DNA of 64,000 bases from Macrostomum hystrix (GCA_950097015.1 CATNEN010000003.1:3782001-3846000); one strand, 5' to 3'; numbered from the stretch's first letter, positions 1 to 12,330 are shown. The notes: generated from the sequence alone by a model not told the origin. Numbers and translations: made by a program.

Positions 1-985
1 ATGAACGTCAGCGGCGACTTCTATGTTCGAGTTTGATGAACTGACTGGCTGAAACAGAATTCAGGTGTTTTTTTCCATCCTAAAACACATTGTAGTTTTT
101 TGTTAGAGGTTTGAACCCCTAAGAGGTTTGAACCCCTAAACGTGAGGTCTGGAGTCTCAAGAGGCTGAGGTTATCGAATGTGCCTATACAGTTGGAGGAA
201 ATGATTTGTGACTTCTGTGTTCCAAACTGAGTAGAAATCTAATGTGCATATTTGTTGATATCAATGTTAAGTTGTGAGATGTTAAAATACTGTAGTAATC
301 TATTATTGACTCATTCACACAGACATTGTACGCAGGCACATAACTCGAGCCTTCCAGAAATATCGCACAAATACAGGAAGACAGGACTATGTCAGCTAAT
401 ATATTGTTGATTATATTTTTTATTGCTCGCCACAGAGCGTGTTTAGTCTAAAATGATGCAGGTATTCGGGGTCTATGCTCACTGCAAATTAATTTTTCTG
501 TATTCTATATCTATCTCCGCCATTACTTTAGCATTCATTCATAAAGTCAAAGTTTTGAAGGCCCTCATAAGTTTATTCTGCCTCTAATTATTTATTGTCG
601 TTATTATTTTGTAATTTCTCTTCACTAAAATAGGAAAATATCTCTTTACCATTGAATGACAAATTAATTTCTTTAGTCAGGATGCAAAAAATTTCACCGA
701 CTCTTTACTGTCCATACGCTCGTATGTGCTTTGGTCACCTGTTTATCAGGATGTACATTTTTCAAGCAGTCTGATTATTTACGGTGTACATTTTATATGT
801 CCACTGATCTGAAACATCTAGCTCGTTATAACAAGTGGCTATCCGCTTGGTAGCTTGCCCATAAGACACTCTGCCAAATGATAAACACTGCTGGTAGCAA
901 GACTTTCCTGACATGAAAATTCTTTTTAGAATTTCGCTAGGACCAAAAACTTCTAACAGTAGGTAACTCGATAGGTCCAGCAAGC

Positions 986-3900
986 ATGCTACCAGATCCT
1001 AGTATCAAACTTTATCGCACCAGCTTCATACTACATGCGATTCTAACATCAATTCTGCCGCTTGCTGTCACAGCGAACCCCAGCTTCCGAGGCAGGGTAA
1101 TCACCAACGGTTGTCCCGTATCCGTGCTGGACTTCGGGCCCAACCTTGAAGGCACACAGGGCCAGCGAGTGTGGTCTGTTGAACCCCTGATGTGTGTCAC
1201 AGCCAATCTAAGCGAGCTGAAGCCTAGCTTCGATCCGGTGACGCGTAGGACGTACCTGAGTGTGCCGGTACTGCTGGCGGACAAAGGCGAGATGTTGATC
1301 AACGCTGCGCGCCAGCTCGGTCTTCTGGATGCTAGGCAGCTGACGTATGCCGGCATCGCCGATATAACAGTCCTGGGCGACGCCTTTGGGCTGGAAACTG
1401 ATCTCATTGTTGCGCTGGACTTTGTGTGGACACCGCCGCAATCTCTTGGTTTCCTGTGGCTGGGCTGTCGAACTGCGAATCGCTGCGATGAATTGTGAGG
1501 CTGCTTGGAAGAAACAGATCTGATGATGTTTTACTTTTTAAAAAATTGTTTTTTTAAGAGGGTCGTGGTCTTGTGGTTTGAGCATTGATGTACGAGCATC
1601 AAGCTGTGAGGTGTAATTTCTATCTCTTTAACCCTCAACCAAAGATAGATTTACAGATAGATAAAACAGAGAGATTGATAACACCTAGCCCAGTTCTGCT
1701 GCAAGCTCCAACCAATGGCTGTGTACAGCTGTTCAAACCACCGAGTTTGAGTTCCAAGCTTCCTGACCCAAAGTCCTGACCCAAAGTTGAAATAATTTTT
1801 TTTAATTCAGGCTTGTAGCCCACCAGGCCGAGGCAATTGAGAGCACCCGATTGTCGGCCTCTCTCTTGGGACTCACCGGAAACGTCAGCTCGCCTTTCAC
1901 CTATCGTCTGACTCTAAAAAACCAAGCCTACTCTGCTGTGGACAGTACAGGCAGTCACGGCATGATTCGACCGCCAATTTGTCGCCAACTGCGACCTATT
2001 AACTTGGTCGATTCGGAAAATTACACCTTCCAGCTGCATCGGAGGCTGGACAGAAAGGGTCACTACCTGCTGGAGCCATTGCTCTGCTATCGGGCCTCGA
2101 GTTTGCCGAGAATTCTAGTCGATAGGATGCGTGGCAAGTACTATTTGCAATTGGACCTTCTCCTGACGGACGCTGTCGTGTTGAACGAGGCGCGCAGATC
2201 TCTCGAACAGATGAGACCGATCTCAGTTGAGTTCATGCGCCTGTGGCTCGCTCAAGCTGTTGTCGATGAAGAATTCGGTCGCCGATTCCAAGTCCGACCG
2301 TTGCTTATTTCGACAGACGGAACGTCGGCTAAAGTGCACGTGTACTGTAATAACTGGACGGATTGCTCGACGCTCAGGTGGGTACTGCTTTGTTTGACAG
2401 AGAGTCGATTATCAGGGGTCGGAAAACTTTTAGACTACAGGCCGAAATTGCATGACGAACCAAAACTAAACATTGTACCTAACTAAAACGCGAGAGATAA
2501 GACGCTGGATGGACAATACATGGGAGAGATGAGACACGGGAAAGATGAGACAGGAGTGATGATACAGGGGGTGATGAGACAGGGAGAGATGAGACAGGGG
2601 GAGATTTGACAGGGAGCGATGAGACGTGAAAGATGAGCTAGAAAAGAGCAGGTGTTGAAACCACGTTGGGTTGGAGTTTTGCAGGCTGTACCGGGTCTAC
2701 AGGCATGAGTTTGCCCACCATTTGGGAAATCTTATCGCTTTGGTCGTGCACTTTTTCATCCTAACTATATCCTGTTCAGGTGTGCCATCAGAATGGATCC
2801 AATCTACCTGTGGCGCCATATCAAATGGACAGTTCAGCTCACAGTGGAGGACAAGTGCCTTCACACGCCATCGAGCCCAAGGCACTCCTGGCAAGTTCGC
2901 AGGAACACAATTCCGCTTCTATCTGGATGGCTTGGCCTCATTAAATGCGCCGGTGCGCCCTGTAAATACGTCCAAGTTAGAGACGGAAAAGAGTTTGTTG
3001 TGCTCATGCAGCGACTCAATGGCAGCGTCAGCTTTCAACGAAACTGGGACGACTATGAGAAAGGCTTCGGAGACGAAACAGACTTCTGGCTTGGTGATTG
3101 GATAAAAATAATAATTGCAGTTGGGCTGCGGGCAATGGCACATCATTTGGTGACAACTGGACCCGCTGCCAGCGAGGAGGCAATTCAGACCATTTCGCTG
3201 ACTCCTCAGCACACACGCACTCAGGTGCGTACATCTGCCCTGACTTTCTCATCGTCAGGCAGTGTACACTCTCACTGTGCCTTGGAGGTTGGCGCTCAGG
3301 GGAATTAATTGCACGACAAGTCCCCAAAATTTAATGTGGCCTCACCGCGGAATCGAGCTCAGGAACCTTGTTGTGAGAGGCAGACGCGTTAGCCGATCTG
3401 CCAACCATACTGGTAAGCAGGATACAGAGCGTACATGTAATCGACGTTTCTCAAGGCTTTTTTTGACGTCGATCTCGAATAGTACACACACTCGTGGAAC
3501 TTGGAGTAAGAACTGCAGTTATTAAGTATAGGAAATGCCTTTTCTGTGGCATATACATGTATGTGAGCAGTCATCAGTGCAGTTTGCAGTATGAGACTGT
3601 TTTACTTATTTACGGTAAATCGGTCTTCTTTAGCAAGACAACAAACTATTTGATGCTTCACCCAGTAGTTAAATGAGTGCCAGCATTAGCTGGGGTAATT
3701 GAGGGTGGGTGTGACGTCCCCCCAGTCCATGGACTGAACAGCGGTACGCAGCTTTCAGATGCGCCGCGCAATAGCTGCGGCTGTCGGCTGCACATCTGGC
3801 CCGATTGGGAATCTACAGGAGTCTTTGTTCTGGTGCAATACTTTCACTTGGAAATACTTCTAACTCTTGAATTACAATACAAAAATTCATTCTTGTAGTT

Positions 3901-4381
3901 TGGATGGCGTCAAGAAATCAGAAAACAAAACTTTAATAACTTTTTAGGCCTAGCTACGGCGCACAAGCTGAGTTTGGAAGGAGTCAATCTTCGAATGGAA
4001 CTCAAATTGTGGAACGGCAGCGAGTTAAATGGAGAGTTTACAAACTTTCGCGTTGAAAACGCCAGCTTTGAATATCGCATGACTTACTCGGAGATGCTAA
4101 CAAACAGTTCAAATATTGGATTTGACCCAATGTTCCAGCACAATGGAATGAAGTTTTCGACTATGGATAGAGACAATGATGCCAACGAGAACTCGTGCTC
4201 AAATAGTTGGAGTCAAGGTGGCTGGTGGTTCAACAGCTGCTACGACATGTACCCAACTGGGCTGTTTCCTAACAGCGACTCCGCAAACTATTCCCATATG
4301 ATTCTGGGAGATTCTCAGCGGCTGCTCCTGCGAGGAGTGCGTCTGCTGATGCAGGTGAACATGTGCGACCTATCGGACTAA
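986..4381 (+). CDS. Secreted fibrinogen-related protein (FREP): signal peptide + two tandem unknown domains + C-terminal fibrinogen domain, ~607 aa
   Basis: Exons 986-1494, 1811-2377, 2780-3093 and 3948-4381 join through GT-AG introns with matching phases (2,2,1). Total 1824 nt. FReD motifs: QRLNGSVSFQRNWDDYEKGFG, FWLG|L, HNGMKFSTMDRDND, GGWWFNSC. Hydrophobic N-terminus. Confidence 0.85.
2413..2722 (-). mobile_element. Degenerate hAT-like MITE with internal 16-bp minisatellite (FREP intron 2)
   Basis: Ends CAGGGGTCGGAAAACT and GAGTTTGCCCACC match the termini of the 14091-14587 element. GGGAGAGATGAGACAC-like units inside. Confidence 0.6.
3107..3406 (-). mobile_element. tRNA-derived SINE, family 1
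   Basis: Minus-strand head with A-box-like TGGCAGATCGG and B-box-like CTCGATTCC, and a (TAT)n tail. Body shared with copies at 8762, 29505, 32720, 50030, 50965 and 63185. Confidence 0.75.
3625..3812 (+). mobile_element. SINE family 2 (CORE-like), 5'-truncated
   Basis: Matches 35146-35415 and 60905-61140 (CAGCATTAGCTGGGGTAATT, CCCCAGTCCATGGACTGAAC, AATAGCTGCGGCTGT). Confidence 0.65.
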
Positions 4382-4504
4382 ACTATTATTGATCAATCAA
4401 TTTACTGTGCGCATTGACTTGCAGCTTAATTGTGCAATAGAAATCTAAACATGGACTCCAGATTTAACTGATTTTTTATATGAACACTGTCGAGTGGAAA
4501 ATTT

Positions 4505-5652
4505 GAGAGTGCAGATTCTGTGGGTAGGGTTCGGAGGGTAGAGTGCAGATTCTGTGGGTAGGGTTCGGAGGGTAGAGTGCAGATTCTGTGGGTAGGGTTC
4601 GGAGGGTAGAGTGCAGATTCTGTGGGTAGGATTCGGAGGGTAGAGTGCAGATTCTGTGGGTAGGGTTCGGAGGGTAGAGTGCAGATTCTGTGGGTAGGGT
4701 TCGGAGGGTAGAGTGCAGATTCTGTGGGTAGGATTCGGAGGGTAGAGTGCAGATTCTGTGGGTAGGGTTCGGAGGGTAGAGTGCAGATTCTGTGGGTAGG
4801 GTTCGGAGGGTAGAGTACAGATTCTGTGAGTAGGGTTCGGAGGGTAGAGTGCAGATTCTGTGAGTAGGGTTTGGAGGGTAGAGTACAGATTCTGTGAGTA
4901 GGGTTTGGAGGGTAGAGTACAGATTCTGTGAGTAGGGTTTGGAGGGTAGAGTGCAGATTCTGTGAGTAGGGTTTGGAGTGTAGAGTGCAGATTCTGTGAG
5001 TAGGGTTTGGAGGGTAAAGTGCAGATTCTGTGAGTAGGGTTTGGAGTGTAGAGTGCAGATTCTGTGAGTAGGGTTCGGAGGGTAGAGTACAGATTCTGTG
5101 AGTAGGGTTTGGAGGGTAGAGTGCAGATTCTGTGAGTAGGGTTCGGAGGGTAGAGTACAGATTCTGTGAGTAGGGTTTGGAGGGTAGAGTGCAGATTCTG
5201 TGAGTAGGGTTCGGAGGGTAGAGTACAGATTCTGTGAGTAGGGTTTGGAGTGTAGAGTGCAGATTCTGTGAGTAGGGTTCGGAGGGTAGAGTACAGATTC
5301 TGTGAGTAGGGTTTGGAGGGTAGAGTGCAGATTCTGTGAGTAGGGTTCGGAGGGTAGAGTGCAGATTCTGTGGGTAGGGTTCGGAGGGTAGAGTGCAGAT
5401 TCTGTGAGTAGGGTTCGGAGGGTAGAGTGCAGATTCTGTGGGTAGGGTTCGGAGGGTAGAGTGCAGATTCTGTGGGTAGGGTTCGGAGGGTAGAGTACAG
5501 ATTCTGTGAGTAGGGTTCGGAGGGTAGAGTGCAGATTCTGTGGGTAGGGTTCGGAGGGTAGAGTGCAGATTCTGTGAGTAGGGTTCGGAGGGTAGAGTGC
5601 AGATTCTGTGGGTAGGGTTCGGAGGGTAGAGTGCAGATTCTGTGGGTAGGGT
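4505..5652. repeat. 34-bp minisatellite (GAGTGCAGATTCTGTGGGTAGGGTTCGGAGGGTA)n
   Basis: Direct tandem array. Explains ORF 4426-5733. Confidence 0.97.
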
Positions 5653-6402
5653 TTCGATAGTGGTCTCTCTTAATTGCAATGTTTGTACAATAGTCAAATC
5701 TATTAATCTATTAAAATATGTAAACGTAAGCACGAAATAATCATTCTATCGATAAAGTTTTAAGATCTATACTTTCTAATAACTGCTTTGAAAGCGTCCC
5801 ATTAAGAATTCAGTTTGGACAAAATATAATTTGTCTTCATTGGCGCCGTATACGGACTACTATATAATTAGACACTTATAAGACGATTGTTTTTTACGTT
5901 GGCTCTCTTGCGACGATTCTGCTGAGACGATCCACTAGAGGGGCCACTTGACAATTTGACAAGTTGTCTTTTCCATGTGATGGCCATACATCAAGGACTG
6001 ATTTATCAAGCAGTCATTGGGATACAAATCATATTTCCCATTTGTTTAGTCTCTATGGCAATAAATTTCCAGCTGTTTCCGCTGTCAGCGCTGCTCAGAC
6101 AGATCCTATCGGTTAGCACTCCTTCTGCCAAGTGGCGGAGTCTTAGAAAAAAGAACTTTCTGGCTTTGAAACATGCGCCAATCTATCTAGACCAATATTG
6201 ACCAGCGGCACACTACAACAACAGCAACCTAACTGGCTAGCAGCTTGTGGTCGGGAATGGTTAGAGCAAACAATGGGCTGGACAAACTCACGCTTGGTCT
6301 TGCTTTTCACTGTTTCCGCTTTCCGGGGAAATTGAACCGACATGGCCAAAACACGGTTTGTTAAATAGGGTGATGTCAACCATTGATTGGTGGGGTGGCA
6401 GT

Positions 6403-8547
6403 TGTTGTGCAGTTGATTAATGCACGTACATAGTTCGTACATGGGTACATGTTCTCAGCTGATATCGATCCAATAACTGAGAATATATAGTCAAACAACT
6501 GAGAGCCAACTTTGCGTGAGAGTTTCGGCTACTAACTTGGCTGACTAGCTATTATTCATTTACAACATTGGCATCGCAAGCTCAAGCGAACACCCACCCC
6601 AATAAGCCGGGTGAAAAGATTGCGGACTTCGTGGCGGCTCTGTATGTTTTGGCTGGCTCATGTGAGTTCCGTGACATGATGGAAGAAATGATCCGCGACC
6701 AGATCGTGGAGAAGGTCAGCGACAGGCGAATTCGAGAGCGCTTGCTGATCGAGGACGGCCTGACGCTGCAGAAAGCAGTGACGCTGAGCCAGCAATGGGA
6801 GACCAGCATCGCTAAGCCAGCGCGATAGAGACGGAAGGCGCAGCCGCGGCCGGAGCACAGCTGGAAGAAGAGGTGAAGAGAGTCCGACTGCAACCCGACA
6901 GGAAGAACACAGGACAAGGGCGACCAGATCGAGAGTCATGCTCCAAGTGCGGAGGCGGGCACAACAGACGAGCCCGGTGTCCAGCTGAAGGCAAGAGTTG
7001 TCATGTCTGCGGGAAGGCGAACCATTTCGGCCGGATGTGCAGGTTGCAGGGCGCCAAGGTCGCCGAGGTCATGGACGAGAGCGGCCAAGCCGTGTACATG
7101 GTGCGCGGCGCCGCCAGTCCCGACATCCGCTGCCGGCTGAGGTGCATGGCATCTGGCTGAATCTGCTTGTAGACTCGGGAGCCAAGGTGTCCATCCTGTC
7201 AGAGAGGACCTTCAGGAAGCTCGAAAAACCGGGCGCCACTCCAGCCGTCGACCAAGAAACTCATCGCGTACAACGGCAAGGCAATCGATGTCGTCGGCGA
7301 GGCGGTGCTGTCCGTCAGCTATCGCGGCCAGCTGGTGCCATTTTTCTGCTTTATCGTGGTACGGCAAGGCTCTGACATCATGGGAACGGATCTGATGCAG
7401 CACCTCAGCTTCCAAGTGGTGGACAAGGACGGCGACCTCGTGCGCACAGTCAAAAAAACGGCAGAGCTACCGGTCTGGCTGTCCGAGCGCTTTAAGCCAC
7501 TGACGCAGGGACTCGGGCGGATCCGAGGATTCGAGCACCGGCCCAGGCTGAACCCCGCCATGCCCCCGGTGGCGCAGTCGCTACGCCGCATCCCACTTAG
7601 CATCAAGGACAAAGTCCAGGCGGAGATTGAACAGCTGCTGGAGGATGACATCATCGAGGAGATCCAGGCTTCAGGGTGGATTTCGAACCTGGTGATCGTC
7701 CCGAAGCCTGATGGCAAAATCAGGGTCTGCAATGACCTCAGGTGCCCAAACAAAGCTATAGTTCCGGATAAGCAGCCGCTGCCGACATTCGAGGAGCTGA
7801 CAACGGAGTTCAAGGGCTCGACCGTGTTCACTAAGCTGGATTTAAATTCTTCGTATCTGCAGCTGGAGCTAGCAGAAGATAGGCGGGACCTAACGGCCTT
7901 CATTGGGGAGAAAGGGCTGTACCGGTATGGCCTAAACAGCGCCCGGGCGGCCTTCCAGAAAGTTCTCAGCAAGATTCTCCATGGCTGTTCCGGGACGCTG
8001 CACTACATCGACGACATAGTGATGCACGCTGCCAACGAGGCGGAGCACCTGCGGCGGCTCACGACAATGCTGGACAAGATGCTCGCAGATGGCGTCACGC
8101 TCAACGCCACAAAGTGCCAGTGGGCTGCAGAGACAGTGCAGTTCCTGGGCTACATCGTCTCCGCGTTTATTAGTGACGGTTATTCGTGGCGGAAGTGTCA
8201 TCCGGACGAACATTGCGTATTGGAGATCTGATTAGTAGTTGGATCAGCTGTTTTGATTTAATTCTCTTTGAAGTACCTGATGCGAAAAAGATCATTTTAC
8301 TCCTTCGATGCTTTGCAATGCACTTTTATTTCCTGCTCAAGATTTCCATAATTCATTTTCGTTGTTCTATCCTTTGAAAGGGAAGGTGAATGTTGTGCAG
8401 TTGATTAATTCACGTACATAGTTCGTACATAGGTACATGTTCTCTGATATCGATTGGCGCAGAATTACAGTCCAATAACTGAGAGCCAACATTGCGTGAG
8501 AGTTTCGGCTACTAACTTGGCTGACTAGCTGCTATTCATTTACAACA
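6403..8547 (+). mobile_element. Internally deleted Ty3/Gypsy LTR retrotransposon
   Basis: LTRs at 6403-6567 and 8391-8547 (TG...CA). 5-bp TSD GCAGT at 6398-6402 and 8548-8552. PBS-like TGGCATC after the 5' LTR, PPT GAAAGGGAAGGTGAA before the 3' LTR. Confidence 0.95.
6590..8165 (+). pseudogene. Disrupted gag-pol: partial gag, zinc knuckles, aspartic protease, truncated RT
   Basis: CSKCGGGH..C and CHVCGKANH..C knuckles, LVDSGA protease motif, RT motifs KLDL and YIDD. Stops and frameshifts present. The PF of the usual PFGL motif is missing. No RNase H or integrase core. Confidence 0.9.
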
Positions 8548-8761
8548 GCAGTCTGGCCAGTTGCTTGGCTGTCTGGCCAGCCCTTGGGGGCAATCTTTCG
8601 CCGGCGGTAGAATATCAGCGAGGCCAGAACGCAATTTGATTGGCTGGGCGGGGGTAGAGTTGACGGGGTGGTTAGCGTCTCACCACCTCATCTGCAAGCT
8701 TAAAAATAGATCACGATAATAAAACACTAGAATGCAGATAACATTACATTGAATTCGGTAC

Positions 8762-8890
8762 CGAGGCAATTCCGCCCATTTCGCGGATTCCTGAACACAC
8801 GCACACAGCTATCGTTAGCAGGCATGCGCTTACACAGGTGTGTACATCTGCCCTGACTTTCTCATCGTCAGGCAATGCCCACTCTCACGA
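8762..8890 (-). mobile_element. SINE family 1 fragment
   Basis: Shares GAGGCAATTC and CTGACTTTCTCATCGTCAGGCA with other copies. Confidence 0.65.
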
Positions 8891-9028
8891 ACATTAATCT
8901 TTGCAGCAGCCAATTAGCAGCGAGCTCGATCATTGATGACTCCCTAACTGCCAAATACTTGAGCTGCTGATCTATGCTCACTGAGTCCTGTCATCCAGAC
9001 TCTCACAATTTATCCAAAATACGTCGAC

Positions 9029-9897
9029 ATGCAAACTGCTGGAGCTTCAGAACTTCTAGCTTTCATCATCTGCGTTGCCACCAGCTGCTGTCAGTCCTCG
9101 GCTCAGCAAGCTCCGCAACGACAGTTCGCATTGTGGAAGGGCGACCAGTGCCCGAGTGACAACCAGCGGCTGCTGCCAGCTCGACAGCAGCTGGTGGCGG
9201 TGGGTAGGAACCCAGCCAGCCGCTGCACCCTGCTCTGCCACCTGACTGCCAGCTGCCAGGCAGCCTGTGTGCGGCGCGGCAAGGCTCCCGGCGACAGTTC
9301 TGTGGAAGACGACTGTCGCATGTTCGGCTGGGGCATGTTTATCGGTGGTAATTTTTCGGTTCAGACTGTCAAATGCGAAGCGGAGTACAACGGTGGATGC
9401 TTTGTTGCCACCACAGGTGAGATAAATAACTCTGTAGATGTTTATCAGAGGCATCGGACGTAAAATGATTTTTTACGTCCACAGGACCATTACCTGAGCT
9501 CATTCCCCTGAGAAACGGCTCACAGAGCAGTGTCGAATACGGTGGCTACTGCGAGTACGGAATGGACGGAAACTTCACCCAGAATCACTACCAGCACCCG
9601 TGCACGCACACTGCCTTCGAGCCTAATCGATGGTGGCGCGTCAGCTTCGCCAGGCGAGCTGTGGTCACCTCTGTCACCATCTTCAACCGAATGGACTCAA
9701 GTCCAGAGAGGCTGGACAACTTCAGCATCTCCGTGGGCGGCCAGACCTGCGCCGACTTCGCTCTGAACGGAACTGCCGCCTTCTACGTGCGCAGCTTCGC
9801 CTGCCACCGAGCCGGGAGCAGCCTGGAGATCAGCAGCCCGCAGATCGGCATTCTCAGCCTGTGCGAGGTTCAGGCCTGGGGCTACCAAGTCGACTGA
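9029..9897 (+). CDS. Secreted PAN/apple-like + F-type lectin (fucolectin) protein, ~266 aa
   Basis: Exons 9029-9416 and 9485-9897 (phase 1). Signal peptide and a CxLLC..CQAxC..CR PAN-like exon. Exact fucose-binding motif H-x26-R-x-D-x4-R (CTHT...NRMDSSPER) and LSLCEV. Confidence 0.9.
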
Positions 9898-10445
9898 AAG
9901 TACAAAAGTTCTTGAGAATTCCGTCCAATTCGATGTTTGGAAGTCACTTCTTCTCTCGAGAGCTGTTACTGAAATATAACTTTGAATTGATTAGCTTAAA
10001 TATTTTAATTGCGATTACAACAAAATAGAATTTTGATGAAGCTTCTGAGCAGTCAATTCACTTAAAAACTCATAGTTATAAACTCTTTTGTCTGAAAATA
10101 CAAATCTGTCTCAAGTTGATGCTTAATCACACAGAGTGCTCGATAGGTGCTCGGCAGATGCAGCGCTAATAAACATTTATTAATTTAACGTAATCACTCA
10201 TCTGATATAAAAAGAATATGAAATAATTTTTAAATAGTCACGTGTAATTTTAAAACAAGTCACTCCATTTTTTTTTTAGACTCAAGCACACAATTGCTTC
10301 CAATTCTATGCCCGGTGCGTAAGTAGAATTGATGGAAAGCTTTGACTTTAAGTTGGGTAAACCTCTATGATATGAGGGGGGAATGCGTCAATTGAAGCTT
10401 GACAGTGGTAGCGAGAACGGTAATCGCGTCAGTCTTCAACCAGAC

Positions 10446-11895
10446 ACCCGTGTCCCTTGTCCTATTTCTCCCGTGTCTCATCTCTCCCGTGTCTCATCTC
10501 TCCCGTGTCTCATCTCTCCCGTGTCTCATCTCTCCCGTGTCTCATCTCTCCCGTGTCTCATCTCTCCCGTGTCGTATCTCTCCCGTGTTTCATCTCTCCC
10601 GTGTCTCATCTCTCCCGTGTCTCATCTCTCCCGTGTCTCATCTCTCCCGTGGCTCATCTCTCCCGTGTCTCATCTCTCCCGTGTCTCATCTCTCCCGTGT
10701 CTCATCTCTCCCGTGTCTCATCTCTCCCGCGTCTCATCTCTCCCGTGTCTCATCTCTCCCGTGTCTCATCTCTCCCGTGTCTCATCTCTCCCGTGTCTCA
10801 TCTCTCCCGTGTCTCATCTCTCCTGTCTCATCTCTCCCGTGGCTCATCTCTCCCGTGGCTCATCTCTCCCGTGTCTCATCTCTCCCGTGTCTCATCTCTC
10901 CCGTGGCTCATCTCTCCCGTGTCTCATCTCTCCCGTGTCTCATCTCTCCCGTGGCTCATCTCTCCCGTGTCTCATCTCTCCCGTGTCTCATCTCTCCCGT
11001 GGCTCATCTCTCCCGTGGCTCATCTCTCCCGTGTCTCATCTCTCCCGTGGCTCATCTCTCCCGTGTCTCATCACTCCCGTGTCTCATCTCTCCCGTGTCT
11101 CATCTCTCCCGTGTCTCATCTCTCCCGCGTCTCATCTCTCCCGTGTCTCATCTCTCCCGTGTCTCATCTCTCCCGTGTCTCATCTCTCCCGTGTCTCATC
11201 TCTCCCGTGTCTCATCTGTCCCATGTCTTATCTGTCCCGTGTCTCATCTCTCCCGTGTCTCATCTCTCCCGCGTCTCATCTCTCCCGTGTCTCATCTCTC
11301 CCGTGGCTCATCTCTCCCGTGTCTCATCACTCCCGTGTCTCATCTCTCCCGTGTCTCATCTGTCCCATGTCTTATCTGTCCCGTGTCTCATCTCTCCCGT
11401 GTCTCATCTCTCCCGCGTCTCATCTCTCCCGTGTCTCATCTCTCCCGTGGCTCATCTCTCCCGTGTCTCATCACTCCCGTGTCTCATCTCTCCCGTGTCT
11501 CATCTCTCCCGTGTCTCATCTCTCCCGCGTCTCATCTCTCCCGTGTCTCATCTCTCCCGTGTCTCATCTCTCCCGTGTCTCATCTCTCCCGTGTCTCATC
11601 TCTCCCGTGGCTCATCTCTCCCGTGTCTCATCTCTCCCGTGTCTCATCTCTCCCGTGGCTCATCTCTCCCGTGGCTCATCTCTCCCGTGTCTCATCTCTC
11701 CCGTGTCTCATCACTCCCGTGTCTCATCTCTCCCGTGTCTCATCTCTCCCGTGTCTCATCTCTCCCGTGTCTCATCTCTCCCGTGGCTCATCTCTCCCGT
11801 GTCTCATCTCTCCCGTGGCTCATCTCTCCCGTGGCTCATCTCTCCCGTGTCTCATCTCTCCCGTGGCTCATCTCTCCCGTGGCTCATCTCTCTCG
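10446..11895. repeat. 16-bp minisatellite (GTGTCTCATCTCTCCC)n
   Basis: Tandem array, flanked by ~110-bp direct repeats at 10276-10386 and 11931-12042. Confidence 0.97.
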
Positions 11896-12043
11896 TGTAT
11901 TGTCAATTCCAGCGTCATATTTCTTTCTTCTTAGACTCAAGCACACAATTGCTTACAATTCTATGCTCCGGTGCGTTAGTAGAATTGCTGGAGAGCCGCG
12001 ACTTTGAGTTGGGTAAACCTCTATGATATGAGGGGGCAATGCA

Positions 12044-12330
12044 GACCAGACCCCAGGCCTGCACCTTGCTCAGAATAAGAATGCTTATAGTTACTGGCTG
12101 CTGATCTGAAGGCTAGAACCGACAAGATGGAGCATAGTGAGATCGTAGCTTTGTGAGACCACTACTCATAACGTGAAATCGTAATGTAACTAATCTCGTT
12201 GATATTAGTTTACTCAAAATGCCCAGATCTAGCACAAGGCTTCAAACAACAGAAAATTGCATTTTTTACCTGGGAAGTTAGCAATGCATCGGTTGTCAAA
12301 GTCCAGTCTGTTGATGATAGATGAAAGTGG
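12044..12330 (-). pseudogene. Remnant of a third F-type lectin paralog
   Basis: Minus strand 12125-12044 reads VGSSLQISSQ*..ILILSKVQAWGLV versus AGSSLEISSPQIGILSLCEVQAWG, with nucleotide matches. Near 12270, DFDNRCIANFP|gt resembles the exon-1 end DFGRCFIRYP|gt of the 19264 gene. Confidence 0.5.

Noticed and set aside
4426-5733. 435-aa ORF
   Set aside because: Translation of a stop-free 34-bp minisatellite.
7319-7972. 217-aa antisense ORF
   Set aside because: Shadow ORF of the GC-rich RT coding strand.
10383-12026. Three overlapping >500-aa ORFs (also 14031-14606, 40909-41400, 48507-49010)
   Set aside because: All frames are open only because the 16-bp unit lacks stop codons.
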